This document shows positions 1-12,453 of a stretch of 64,000 nt of DNA, one piece after another. The stretch is from Chiloscyllium plagiosum (Eukaryota). The stretch spans positions 46,728,230-46,792,229 of the forward strand of contig NC_057719.1 of assembly GCF_004010195.1 (NCBI RefSeq). The letters run 5' to 3'. The translations under genes and the position numbers were made by a program. Under the pieces are notes generated by a model. That model saw nothing but the letters and a program-made list of their open reading frames with translations. It was not told the origin of the DNA and made no database searches. Within the stretch, counting starts at the first letter, position 1. Each line of letters begins with the position of its first letter.

Positions 1-135
1 CTCTAGCTTATCTCTCCACGCTTCAGGCTCTCTGCCTTTATTCCTGATGAAGGGCTTTTGCCCGAAACGTCGATTTTGCTGCTTGTCGGATGCTGCCTGA
101 ACTGCTGTGCTCTTCCAGCACCACTGATCCAGAAT
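1..135 (+). mobile_element. Penelope-like element terminal repeat (pLTR) fragment, family 1
   Basis: ttcctgatgaagggcttttgcccgaaacgtcgat...gatgctgcctgaactgctgtgctcttccagcacc; same repeat family as 45923-46326, which is attached to a GIY-YIG-like C-terminus. Confidence 0.75.
44..71 (+). ncRNA. Minimal type I hammerhead ribozyme motif (Penelope family 1)
   Basis: CUGAUGA(44-50), extra A, GGGC-uuuu-GCCC stem II, GAAA(64-67), palindromic AC|GU stem III, GUC triplet (69-71); stem I weak (AUUC/GAUU). Confidence 0.7.
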
Positions 136-300
136 CAGTAGAGACAGGCAACAACCCCTCCTCCACAATAATCCTCATTGTGTCTGGCGAGGCTGCATAC
201 TCAGGCCCTTACGCTATTCCTTAGACATTCATGACTGTGGCCAAATTCAGCTCTAACTCTATTTGCAGGATCGCTGATGACACCACTGCAATGGGTTGGA
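136..300 (+). mobile_element. Rex1/Babar-like LINE reverse transcriptase remnant
   Basis: Degenerate G-C-x-L-x-P-x-x-Y-S-L-x-x-H-D-C motif followed by ADDTT (gctgatgacaccact). Confidence 0.6.
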
Positions 301-2394
301 TGGCATGGAGATAGATGATTGCCTTTGATCGTGAAGGGTGAACCTACTAGTTTGTCCTCATGCCCACACATAGCCCTTTGCTCAGTGAAAAAGGTGTAAT
401 GGAGACAGTTAATCCCTGCTGCATGTCACCAATCTGACCAGACTCAACATTTTCCATTTTAAATCTCCTTTCTTGAATCTCAGTCCTAGTGAGTGAAAGA
501 GAAAGTTTCAACTTATGTCTCTTATGCACATAAAAGAGTTCATTTTAAACATCCAAATGGTTCACTTAATTTAATATAAAAATTAAACAGATTGCAAATG
601 GAAGCTTTCAAAAAAATATTCTGGATTAAAATAGGGTGAAAAAGATTCATTTTATATCATTCTTTGATAGATGCCCTAATTGGGACTTTAAAAAGCAGCA
701 CAATTTAAAAAAAATTATTTTGATAATTTCCAGATCTGATCAGAAATCATTTCCATTCTGCAATTTTGTATTTGCATGGTTAGCTAAATTTGGGCAGTTC
801 CCTGTATCTAAGTGTTCAGAACTGATTGTTCTTTATTTGCCATATTTCTCATGTCACATATTTAAATCATACAGAAACAGTGCTGAAACTAACATGGACA
901 AAAATCACAATAATGCAAGAGAGATGGTAAGCACTCAGGTTTCAGCCAGCTGAGTAAATGGAAACTATTAGCAATGATAAAGTAAATCATGAAACAGATA
1001 GAAGTTGCACTTCTTAGCTAAAAGGAGTCGACGTTGCCAATCCACAAACATAGTGGAAGTTACTTTAATTCAGGGTGTAATCAGCACATGGGGTCTCCGA
1101 TTGTACCACTAACAAGAGAATGGAACAAAGCCCAGATAGGTTTAACAGCTGAGCCTTATTTTTAAACATAGACATCTGTTCCCACCTGAAGGAGTCAGAA
1201 TAGGTCAGGAGCCAGACACTCCAGAGAATGGTGCTGGGCATAATGTACCAGGATGGGGGCAGACAGGGGTGGGGGAGTTGGGGGATGGGGACTTTCTTGT
1301 GGACTCCATGACAGTCAAGAAAGAAAATTGCAAAATTATGGATAGGGGCAGCTGCAAAATACCTTGCAACACTTGCAGGGTTCTGCCTGCATGCCCCTGC
1401 TGTCCCTCTAGAGATACAATGAAAGTGTGTTCTAACACTGACAAAGATAATGCCATCTGGATGACTGGCATTTTGTCTAAGCTGATGGTGACATTGCTTT
1501 AGTGTTTCTTTTTCTATTCATCCAGCAGGATACTTCAGATGCCAATGTCTTTTTTGTAAGGTTCAGTTGCTGGTTTGTTCACTGGAACTCAAACGATGGT
1601 AACCTGAACCCCAATACACTCACTGGATATGTGGGGTGAATCTCATCAACAGCACCTACAAGCACCACTTCTGTCAAAGTCTTGGACTCAAAATCCAGGC
1701 TGTCTGAATGAAAACCATCTTACTGCAAAATTCCTCTGTGCATGGAATTTCGGAAGTTTCGATTCAACTTCACGTAGCCACAAATGTAAAGGAAAAATAA
1801 ATTCCCCATTAATTGGGCATTAAATTGTCAGCCTTAACATGAAAGGTAGTAATTTCTTTTTTCTGTGAGTAACTTCCCTTTAATTAGCTCTTCCCATGGG
1901 GAAAATTGGTTGGGGAGTTGAATTGCAATGAGAACTAGTGAGGAATGTGATGTCGAGTAAACCACAGCAAAAAATGTTTCAAGTGAAGGTCTCTTGCCAG
2001 AGATATCAATTCTCCCAAGAATGATTCTGTCCCTGGCATCCTCAGTCTGCTGCATACTTAATGTCCCTTACAATGCCCGTTCAAATGTGTCTGTCAGGTG
2101 CTAATGCAATTGGCTAGAAGATTTTCTGCAATCTTTGATTTCGTCAGACTGAATAGCAATCTTCAGGAGATGACATTTAGGGATGCAACCCAACGTGGAG
2201 TGGATTACTGCACAAGGTGAACCCTCTGTTCATTGCTTTCTTGCTAAGATTTCCTACTAAGCAAAAAGATTCTCTGCCAGACGCTAATCATGGTCACTGA
2301 AGTAATTTGTAATATTTGCAGTTATCCACCCTTCCCATTACAGGGAAAGAAAGAACTCTGATAGCAAAATGCCTTACCACCAATAATCTCTCTA

Positions 2395-2870
2395 AAAAGG
2401 TAGTCACTGTAATAACGTAGGGAAGCAATAGTTTGTGCATCATAAAGTACACTGAACAATAAGGAGATAAATGGCCAGATAATCTAAGTTCATAATATTG
2501 ATTGAGATTTTGTTTTGGCCAGGAGTCGTAGAATCATTGAGGTCTCCAGTTCAGAAAGGCTCAAATTGTCCTCCCACACTATAAACAACCGATTAATTAT
2601 TCTAATCCTATTCTCCATCACTTGGCCCAGAGCTTTGTATGCAAGTGACCATCTAAATGTGTCTGAAATGGTATGATGGTTTCTGACCCTACTACCTTTA
2701 CAAGCAGAGAGTGGAACAGTTTCTTCCTGTCTACCTTATCTGTGTCCCTCATTGGTTCTTTCACATTCATCGAAAAAAAAAGTGGTGCCTTCAGCATTGC
2801 ACTATGCTGAAGTGTCAGTTGGGATTATATGCTCAACGTTGTAGAGTAGAGCATGGGCCTATGGTTCTAA
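2395..2870 (-). mobile_element. Deu-domain SINE (SacSINE1/AmnSINE-like), interrupted by a CR1 3'-end remnant at ~2528-2735
   Basis: Minus strand: ttgagcatataatcccaactgacacttcag...; cctggcc...agattatctggccatt...ctacgttattacagtgactac resembles the Deu domain as recalled. Confidence 0.55.
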
Positions 2871-3379
2871 AGTTTGACATCATATTAATTTGCAACACAT
2901 TTAATTTTTTCTTCTGAATATAAGCAATAATTTCTCAAGTAATGACAGAAGACTGATTTAGTATCCATCGGCTACCTGCAGTATATTTCCACTAACTGTT
3001 GGTATGATTTCAAAATTTGCTTTCCTGGGTTACCTGATGCTGCTACTACAATCAGGTTGCTGTTTTAATGAGCACAGGGCTATGTTCCAACTCCCAACAG
3101 CTTTTTCCTTGGTATGATTTAATCCCTTCCTGACGCATCTTAAGTTTAAGACAAAATGAAGGGTGCTGATTATCTTTATAGAAATAACACCCCACAAAAG
3201 GTTAATCAAGAAATGTGGCCACATCCAATGACAGGGAGAATTGAAATCTAAACAGTTAAGATTCGTAACAAACAAGATCATGGGTGCATTCACCTCATTC
3301 CCTCACTTCAGGTGGTATAAATCAAGTCCATCAAGAATTTGTTCATTTTGGGGTTTAAACATTCCAATATACAATTATT

Positions 3380-3692
3380 AGGGGTGGCACGGTGGCTCAG
3401 TGATTTGCACTGCTGCCCCACAACACCAGGGTCCCAGGTTCAATTCCAGCTTCGGGCAACTGTGTGTGGAGTTTGCACATTCTCCCCGTATCTGTGTGGG
3501 TTTCCTCCGGGTGCTCCGGTTTCCTCCCACAATCCAAAGATGTGCGAGACAGGTGAAATGGCCATGCTAAATTCCCATAGTGTTAGGTGCATTAGTCAGA
3601 GGGAAATAGGTCAGGTTGGGTTACACTTCAGAGGGTTGGTGTGGACTTGTTGGGCCAAAGGGCCCGTTACCACACTGTAGGGAATCTAATCT
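3380..3692 (+). mobile_element. HE1-like (V-SINE) tRNA-derived SINE
   Basis: A box ggtggctcagtg, B box ggttcaattcc, V-domain tgtggagtttgcacattctccccgt...ttcctccgggtgctccggtttcctcccac, CR1-derived tail. Confidence 0.85.
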
Positions 3693-3719
3693 TAACAATC
3701 AATCACTTATGAATCACAA

Positions 3720-4425
3720 CATTGGCCACTACCCTACAAGATGAAAGATTGCCCAAGTATTTCCTGCCTACAGAAAGGTAGGACAAATCAAACCTAGCGA
3801 GTTAGCATCTCAATGGCTGAGATCGAAACATTGAATGTTTTCAAGAAGGACTCCGATATAATTCTTAGGGCTAAAGGGATCAAAGGGTACAGGAGAAAAC
3901 GGGAATAGGGAACTGAGTGGGATGATTAGCCATGATCATATCGAATCATGGAGCAGGTGGAAGGGCCTAATAACCTACTCCTGCTCCTACTTTGTGTTTC
4001 TGTGCACTGGGGAAAATTCTTTGCTGGTTTATCAGTCCTGGGAAAATGCTGCAGGAGTTCCTCAGGGTAGTGTCCTTGGCTCCAGCTGTTTTATCAATGA
4101 CCTTGTTTCCATCAGAAGATGGGAAATTCATTGTGCTGAATAATGTACAATCATTTACAACTCCTCAGATACAGTGACTGTTCATTTGCAGCAAAACCTG
4201 GACAACATTAAGGCTTTGACAAGTGACATTTGATGACACAAGTGCCAGACAGACCCCTTGACATTCACTGGCAATACCATCAGGGAATTTCCCAATTCGC
4301 ACCATCCTAGGAGTTAGAAAATGAACTGGACCAGTCACATTAATACTGTGGCTACAAGAACAAACGAGAGGCTAGAAATTCTGTCCTGAGGACTCATCTC
4401 CTGACTCACCAAAGCTGTTTGTAAT
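3720..4425 (+). mobile_element. Old CR1/L2-clade LINE fragments with a nested CR1 3' end (~3815-3995)
   Basis: GVPQGSVLG motif (~4055); similarity to 17400-18670. Confidence 0.55.
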
Positions 4426-4429
4426 CTAC

Positions 4430-4533
4430 ACAAATAAAAACAGAAATTGTTGGAAAAGCTCAGCAGGTCTGACAGCTTCTATGGAAAGAAACCAGAGTTA
4501 ATGTTTCGGGTCCAGTGACCCTTCCTCAGAACT
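4430..4533 (-). mobile_element. Penelope-like terminal repeat, family 2
   Basis: cagaaattgttggaaaagctcagcaggtctgacagc...gagttaatgtttcgggtccagtgacccttcctcagaact. Confidence 0.65.
4496..4533 (-). ncRNA. Minimal hammerhead ribozyme motif (Penelope family 2)
   Basis: Minus strand AGUU-CUGAGGA-A-GGGUC-acug-GACCC-GAAA-C-AUU-AACU: perfect 4-bp stem I and 5-bp stem II. Confidence 0.65.
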
Positions 4534-4723
4534 GCTGTCTGCTTTCTCCTTCGCAATTGTCCTCACTTCCTTGTTGAGTTCAGTTCTTTCATCTAAGGCT
4601 GTCATTTGCAGTGAGAAATTTGTTAAGTACAACAAATCAAATCTTGAGGGGTGTTCTCTAAAAATCATAGAGTCTTAGCTGAAGCTGAAAGCTATTCAGC
4701 TGAAGAAACATTAAAGAAAGCAA

Positions 4724-5000
4724 AGGGGCGGCACGGTGGCTCACAGCGCCAGGGACCCGGGTTCAATTCCAACCTTGGGCGACTGCCTATGTGGAGCTTC
4801 CCAGTGTCTGCGTGGGTTTTCTCCCACAGTCCAAAAGTGGGCTGGTTAGGTGAATTAGCCATGCTAAATTGCCCAGTTAAGTGCATTAGACAGGGGATAA
4901 ATATAGGGTAGGGGAATGGATCTAGGTGGGTTACTCTTCAGGGGTCAGTGTGGACTTGTTGGGCTGAAGGGCCTGTTTCCATACTGTAGGAAATCTAATC
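4724..5000 (+). mobile_element. HE1-like SINE with internal deletions
   Basis: ggggcggcacggtggctcacagcgccagggacccgggttcaattcc; same body and tail as 3380-3692. Confidence 0.85.
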
Positions 5001-5502
5001 AATGTAGGAGTTGCAGAACAAGGAGAGATACTAGGAACATATTCACCAAGTATCAGTAGGTAACTTCACTACTACTAACTTTGCAGTATTGAAGAGTGCA
5101 GGCTTCCAATTCTGCCTGAGTGAAAACATTATGTTGCCCAGATATTAAATAACTCTCCAAACAACTGCAGCAGCAGTTATTCCATTAAAAGAATTAATCA
5201 AATAGCTTATTTCTATATATTAAACAGTAATTAGTTTTGCACTTATGAGAAAGCACAATTCAATCAGCAACTTACAGCTAAAATCTTTTGAGATCCAAAT
5301 TTAAGTGTAAAAATTAAAATTAATTCATATAAATTTTTAGCATCACTAACATGTTGTGTAGATATCCATAGATGCATTTCTGCCTTGCTTTATGTTATTA
5401 CAGATGCCAGACTAACATCATTGCAGCTCTTAGAAAGTATGCTTTTGATTAGATTTTTAAAAATGGTTGTTCTTGTCCTTAATCTAAGCCAAGGGTCTGC
5501 AA

Positions 5503-6718
5503 CAGTGGATAAATCCCCAGGACCTGATCAAATGTACCCTAGGACTCTGTGGGAAGCTAGAGAAGTGATTGCTGGGCCTCTTGCTGAGATATTTGTATCA
5601 TCGATAGTCACAGGTGACGTGCCAGAGACTGGAGGTGGGCTAATGTGGTGCCACTGTTTAAGGAGGGTGATAAGGACAAGCCAGGGAACTATAGACCAGT
5701 GAGACTGACGTCAGTGGTGGGCAAGTTGTTGGAGGGAATCCTGAGGAACAGGATGTACATGTATTTGGAAAGGCAAGGACTGATTAGGGATAGTCAACAT
5801 GGCTTCATGCATGGGAAATCATGTCTCACAAACTTGATTGAGATTTTTTGAGGAAGTAACAAAGGATTGATGAGGGCAGAGCAGTAGATGTAATCTATAT
5901 GGACTTCAGTAAGGTGTTCGACAAGGTTCCCCATGGGAGACTNNNNNNNNNNNNNNNNNNNNNNNNNNNNNNNNNNNNNNNNNNNNNNNNNNNNNNNNNN
6001 NNNNNNNNNNNNNNNNNNNNNNNNNNNNNNNNNNNNNNNNNNNNNNNNNNNNNNNNNNNNNNNNNNNNNNNNNNNNNNNNNNNNNNNNNNNNNNNNNNNN
6101 NNNNNNNNNNNNNNNNNNNNNNNNNNNNNNNNNNNNNNNNNNNNNNNNNNNNNNNNNNNNNNNNNNNNNNNNNNNNNNNNNNNNNNNNNNNNNNNNNNNN
6201 NNNNNNNNNNNNNNNNNNNNNNNNNNNNNNNNNNNNNNNNNNNNNNNNNNNNNNNNNNNNNNNNNNNNNNNNNNNNNNNNNNNNNNNNNNNNNNNNNNNN
6301 NNNNNNNNNNNNNNNNNNNNNNNNNNNNNNNNNNNNNNNNNNNNNNNNNNNNNNNNNNNNNNNNNNNNNNNNNNNNNNNNNNNNNNNNNNNNNNNNNNNN
6401 NNNNNNNNNNNNNNNNNNNNNNNNNNNNNNNNNNNNNNNNNNNNNNNNNNNNNNNNNNNNNNNNNNNNNNNNNNNNNNNNNNNNNNNNNNNNNNNNNNNN
6501 NNNNNNNNNNNNNNNNNNNNNNNNNNNNNNNNNNNNNNNNNNNNNNNNNNNNNNNNNNNNNNNNNNNNNNNNNNNNNNNNNNNNNNNNNNNNNNNNNNNN
6601 NNNNNNNNNNNNNGGATATGGGCCGGGTGCTGGCAGGTGGGACTAGATTGGGTTGGGATATCTGGTCGGCATGGACGGGTTGGACCGAAGGGTCTGTTTC
6701 CGTGCTGTACATCTCTAT
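5503..6718 (+). mobile_element. CR1 LINE (HER1-like), 5'-truncated, spanning an N-gap
   Basis: DKSPGPDQMYPRTLWEARE, PGNYRPVRLTSVVGK, SQHGF, MDFSKVFDKVPH; 3' UTR and ctctat tail after the gap. Confidence 0.92.
5943..6613. other. Assembly gap (N-run)
   Basis: Run of n. Confidence 1.
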
Positions 6719-7581
6719 AGGGGCTTGAATGCAGAAACCTCATGCTCAGAGGCAACAGTAGTTCACTGAACAACAGTAGTACACGGAGCCACAGTTGACC
6801 ACATGGTATAGATGAACTGGTTTCCATTATAATGCGTGTCTTTGCTACAAGCCAATACCATGGATGGATTGCCCTATCAACAATCAAACAGTTATTTCAC
6901 TGGAATAACTAGAGAGGAGATATGCACTTGTAAAGTAGACAACGAATTATGTAGGCGGTGGGGCAAGAGCAACTTCCCAGCACTAATTTGACATGAGAGT
7001 CACCCTGGTAAGCAGCGATGTCAAAATTCTACAAAAAAAAAGTGAAAGAACGTGGAATTCCAAAAAAAAAACACACATTGTCAACAAATACCTCAGTGGC
7101 TTCTAAACCCCTACAAATTGTTTGCAGCCGAGATTATTCTTCTTTTCAGATCCCGCTGGATCCAAGTAATTGCGCAACAGCATCCAGTATACAGCATGCA
7201 CGCAAATGAGCCTCTCCATAAATTCCAGATTTTTCTTGGTCACAAATTGCACTACATTCGGGAAAACAAAGGATTACGTATGACTAATTCACTGCTATGA
7301 CAGACAATTGAAATATATGTAAATTGACACACATTGAAATTATCAGGTGATGCATTTAGCTTTCCGAGGAAAGATCTGAAGATGAAACTGTGGAATCTCC
7401 CTCAGTGGCTCTGATTTGCCAATTACTTTTAGTGACCACAACAGTTTGAGGGGGGTTGGGGCATTGGCACTTATTTCCTTTGTTCAAAGTCAAGTGCAAC
7501 ATATATCAGCTTTCTGATATTTCTAATGACAAAAAGTAATCCAAAATCTAAGCTATATAATGTGGGTAAAATATAAGGTAG

Positions 7582-7784
7582 CTGAAAATGTGTTGCTGGA
7601 AAAGCGCAGCAGGTCAAGTAGCATCCAAGGAGCAGGAGAATCGACATTCCGGGCATGAGCCCTTCTTCTCATACCCAAAACGTCGATTCTCCTGTTCCCT
7701 GGATGCTGCCTGACCTGCTGCGCTTTTCCAGCAACACATTTTCAGCTCTGATCTCCAGCATCTGCAGTCCTCACTTTCTCCTCC
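7582..7784. mobile_element. Penelope-derived fold-back insertion (inverted pLTR pair) with TSD
   Basis: Inverted arms around ~7670; TSD taaaatataa(g/t)gtag at 7567-7581 and 7785-7799. Confidence 0.8.
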
Positions 7785-8278
7785 TAAAATATAATGTAGA
7801 ACAGCTGAGAAATCATTGTAAGTCACGTGGGAAACAAATAACCCAATTAAAAACAAAGTACAGCAGATGCCCTATTCAGGACAGCAGGTGGCTGAGCTAG
7901 AAAGTAAAAGACCAGGGGCCTGTCACTTGCTCTGCATGCACTCACCTTGCCTTTGCAATTAAGGACAACAGCCTTTTCCAGCACACACGCCTGCTGCTGA
8001 CCATTTCAGGTCATACTGGTTTGGTTTGGCTCTCACCTTCTCAGGAGCTCTTCCCTCTCCATCACTGCCTCCAAAAGACATCAGGGTCTGTCATGGTGTG
8101 GGGGCTTGGGCTCCGGCTCCACACCTACTTCTCTTATTTGCTTTTGACTTTCCCCTGAAACATCAATATGCAGCATGGCTCTTTCTTGAATTATCCAGGT
8201 GGGATGAATTTTGGTCAAGTAGCATTGAATTTTTTTGGAGAGGTCTCTGTTCCAGGCTTGGCAGGTTTCTTCATCATG

Positions 8279-8430
8279 GAGGAGAAAGTGAGGACTGCGG
8301 ATGCTGGAGACCAGAGGTGAAAAATGTGGTGCTTGAAAAACACAGCAGGCCAGGCAGCATCCAAGGAGCAGGAGAATCGACGGATTCCTGAAGAAGGGCT
8401 TATGCCCGAAACATCGATTCTCCTGCTCCT
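8279..8430. mobile_element. Penelope-derived fold-back insertion with TSD; hammerhead motif at 8388-8415 (+)
   Basis: TSD aggtttcttcatcat at 8264-8278 and 8431-8445; CUGAAGA-A-GGGC-uuau-GCCC-GAAA-C-AUC. Confidence 0.8.
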
Positions 8431-9254
8431 AGGTTTCTTCATCATTTCTTACATAGGGCAACATCAAATTCCAGCAAAAAATGGCCAACTCCAAACATGA
8501 GTTTTTAATGACAGTCACCAAAAGGAAATAAACAAAACCAGTAAAGGTTACAGTTCAGTCCAAAAATGAAAACCAAATTTTGGCATTATGGTCAATAAAT
8601 ATTTCAAATTATTATTTAGTATTAGCTTTTTGTCATGCACTCAAACGAGTGCAGTGAAACGTTTACAGGTCACCACTGATGATGCCATCTTAGATACAAA
8701 AATGGTACAGATTCTGAAGTACAAATTCTTAGGAGAAAAAAATTATAGAAAAATAAAGAAGGTAGAAGTCCCACATTACAGATCTTAGGAATAAATCAGA
8801 AAAATAAAGAAATAAAAGTTCAGAATAACAGTCCTTCCAACTCAGTCCAGACTGATGCCTCACCTCCAGGTGAGCAATACAGACAATTCCTACACTTACA
8901 TGACAGTGATGTGAGGTCACTGACACAGGACTCTTGGAAGTTGCATGAATAATAGTTTCCCTGCAGCCAGCATTGGTCTTTTATTGCTGCTCACTTCCAC
9001 ATCATTAAGGTACTCAAGTTCAATTTGCAAGCACCAATGTTGCAAATCACCTTTGACAAGCATCTGACCTTTTATTAAATTAATTGCAGCTGGGGTTTGC
9101 AAGCAAATGCCTATTATATTTGTTGCTTCAAAATTGTAGTGTCCAACAAACATGGTTTCCTGCTTTAATCCCTCAGTGACACTGTCTCTGTCCACCCAGG
9201 GTGCAACCCCAGCCATTTCCCAAACCCACTTCCCATCTAGTGGCATTGAATTAT

Positions 9255-9970
9255 GGGACATTGGTTAGGCCTCAGTTGAAGTTCTGTATACATTTCTGGT
9301 CCCCAACCTATAGGGAGGATATAATGGCATAAGAGAGACTGAAGAGGAGAATTGCCAGGGCTTGAAATTGCAACTATGAAGAACGTCAGAGGAAGTGGTG
9401 GAGGCTGATACAATTACAACATTTAATAGACATCTGGATGGGTATATGAATAGAAAGGGTTTGGAGGGATATGGGCCGGTTGCTGGCAGGTGGGACTAGA
9501 TTAATTTAGAATATCTGGTCGACATGGACAAATTGGACTGAAGGGTCTATTTCTGTACTGTACATCTCTATGACTCTATGACCAAGATCGGAAAGGCTAG
9601 GATTGTTTTTCTCAGAACAGAGGAGGCTGAATGCTGACTTAGACAAAGTGTACAAAACAATGAGGGACTTGAATAGCGTGGACAGAGTGAGGCAAACCTA
9701 ATATCCCTAGCTGAGAGGACAATTATCAGGGACAAAGATTTAAGGTGAATTGTAGAAGGATAAAAGGAAAAGCTTTTTCACCTGGAGGATGGTTGGTGTC
9801 TGGAATGCACCAATTTGGTGATTGAGGTAAAAAGCCTCAACTCAATTGAAAGGAAGCTGGAACTGTAACTGTAACCTGTGAAACCACCGTTGAGGTGCTG
9901 GTAAATGAGATTAGAATGGTGGTTAGTTTATTCAGATGGTGCAAACACAACAGGCTGAATGGCCTCTTTA
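9255..9970 (+). mobile_element. Old CR1 3' region with a younger CR1 3' end nested at ~9385-9580
   Basis: ggacattggttaggcctcagttg (RTLVRPxLE-like); nested copy ends in ctctatgactctatga. Confidence 0.75.
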
Positions 9971-11429
9971 ACTTTTCCATTATAAACTGTTAACTTTTCC
10001 TTAATTTTTCTGGTTCTAACTCCCTTATAAAAAACACAATTGAAATTGCACTTAGTGTGCAGTGACCAGAACTGAATGCAATTTTCCAAACATTGTAATC
10101 ACACATCAATGAATTTAATTGTTTGACATTTTAATACAGTTGGAACACAGCTTCACCCTTTGTATTTCTTAAGATAAAGGCCTGTAATCCATGAGCGTTT
10201 TTATATTTTTTGTTTTGCATCTGCCCATTTGATTTTAATGGTTTCTGTATTTGGACTCTTCAACCTCACTGTTTATCCATAGTATTTCACTCTGCCTTTT
10301 AGGAAATCTTTTGACTGAAGTTATCCAGTTTGGATTTCAAAAGATATATCTTTTCATATTAAAGGCCAGTCTTGCCCACCGTCCAATCAACAAATGTACG
10401 TTTGCAAATTTCATATCATTTTTCCAGTTCTTTTACATCACAGAATTCAACCTTTATTTTGAAAACAACACCTAATTAAACGAGGAGTTTTTAGATCAAA
10501 TGCACTGTGACAGCTTTTAAAAACAATCATGTGATTATAAATATATCTTGTCCAGTATGCCACAGGAAACTGTGGGATATTAGAACCTATTTCTTTCAGG
10601 GCCACAATGCTGTTAGTATTATTCAACTGTTTCTACTGTTCTTTGAGTAATTTAGGATTTAAAACTCATCCTTCACCATGTAAAGTCACCCTTGCCCCAT
10701 TCAACCCTGTCAATACTCTCCCAGACTTCCAGCTTGTTCACTTGGTGGAAAATAGTTGACATAACAGTTGTCAACCTGCTATTTGACAGCAGAAGTCTGA
10801 CCACCCAAATGATCCTGCCCTTATTTTACATCCAGGGCAGTGCAGATCCCACAGGGATCACTGCATAGCAATTGGAGAATAGATAATGGATTGGCTTGAT
10901 CACTTGATCACCAGGAATGCTGAGGCCATTTTTACTACCAGCAGCTAACTCACCTGTGTGAATCAGCCATGGTAAAACTTGACAGAACTAATCCCAGAGT
11001 CTTGAGGATAATTGAATGTGTTCTGTTGCTCTCAATGTACCTCAAGAAAATGCAGATTTTTAGACAAGTTTCTTATCTTCAAAACAAATAAAGCTCCACA
11101 ACCATGAACACACAGTAATTCTACAACTTGATATTGCTTGAATATATTTCCATGCTATTGACAGAAGCAATGAGCAGGATTTTCTGGGGACTGGCAGTCT
11201 CATTCAGATTTCTTACACAAATTGTAAGAGCTTTGCGTTTATGACAGACAATACTGATCAGAGCTCTTTCAGAAATGCAGTGCTGGACTTCCATTCTGAC
11301 AGCTCCCTTGTAGGATAGAACAGCCAAGGAGAGTTAAACAATATCTCCTTCTTTTCACAGCACTCAGAGACTGTACTCTGTGATTTAAACATCCAACATT
11401 TCAGACAGCCACTTTGACAGCTGCTGTGA

Positions 11430-12453
11430 AAAAGTAAGTACTTGAGGTGAGTTTGAGGTTGGAGTGCCAGGAAGGTGGGATGCCAGGTGGGTAGGGTTAG
11501 GATGCCATGTGGGTAAAGTGCCAGTTAAGTATGGTGTCAGAGCGAAACATGGAAGGGTGCCAGGTAAAAGATGGAGTATTCAGGGTTAGTCCAAGTGGAT
11601 GGAGGGTATTGGGTCATGTGCTCCTGACCTGGGGAAGCATTGGGTCTGGTGGTGAGAGCGAATGGGTTTTGAGCTCTAAGGGATGGAAGATCATTGGCAC
11701 CACAGCACAGATCAGGTTCAGGAAAAGGGGATTGTGTTGAGAAGTGGGGAGTAAGGAGGTGGGTGTGGTTAGGTCCCACCAGGAGATGGGGAGTGTATCA
11801 GAACCACCATGGGACAGTCACGTGATTTGGTGGGAGAAGGGGGTTCAGCTCCAGTGACAGAGCTAAGGTGCTGGGAGAGTGTGGGAGAGGGGGCCTTAGG
11901 ACTAGGGGCGGGACTTTCTGGGGTGAAATCCAGAGCATAGGAGGGCCACTGAGTCCAGGGCAGAAAGGCAGGGCTGGTTGCTGTGACAGGACAGGAGGGT
12001 GCTGGATTCTGGGTGGGGCTGATTGGCATGTCAGGTCCCGAGTATGGACTGGGATGTATATTCTGGTAATGGGAGTACATGAGCTGGTGATAGTAAGCCG
12101 TTGGCAGGAGGGGTGCGTCTGGACAAGGACTGTGAATCCCAAAGGTCTGGGGCAGGTGAAGTTGTAGGTCTGCGGGGTAATTTGGGGGTCAGTTGAATAG
12201 CACTCCAAGAGTTAGACTTGGTGCTTAATAGTCTAATGCCTTCTGATTAACTGCTTACTTAATCCCTCTGAATTGTCCTTTTAAATAGACACATTCAGAC
12301 ATCTCCAGGCGCAAGGCAGTTACTGAGCAGAATCTTCAATCTTCCAGGAAATTCCTTCAAAGCCTGCTACAATGCAGATTCCACGGGATCTACATGCACA
12401 ATTTCAACCGCTGCTTCGGAAACAATTGTCCAGCCATCGGAAAATCCAGGCCT
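11430..12453. repeat. G-rich decayed interspersed repeat, possibly a non-autonomous Harbinger-like element
   Basis: Strong G skew on +, with aaaatccaggcc end motif; family assignment is inference. Confidence 0.35.

Noticed and set aside
1205..1560. Cys-rich ORF 1269-1502 and the opposite-strand ORF as genes
   Set aside because: No recognisable domain; the minus strand faintly resembles a decayed RTE-type LINE end, too weak to call
3380..3450. tRNA genes at SINE heads (also ~4724, ~19060-19137, ~55890-55955)
   Set aside because: A/B boxes run directly into SINE bodies; no complete cloverleaf evident
5895..6887. ORFs of 237-330 aa (also 23113-23550 and 31630-32078)
   Set aside because: Length comes from translating N-gaps
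7092..7277. Exon candidates on either strand, including a PLAC8-like 'CCCAITWIQRDLKRR' peptide
   Set aside because: The minus-strand AG..GT segment has stops in all frames, the resemblance is short, and the plus-strand peptide is unrecognised
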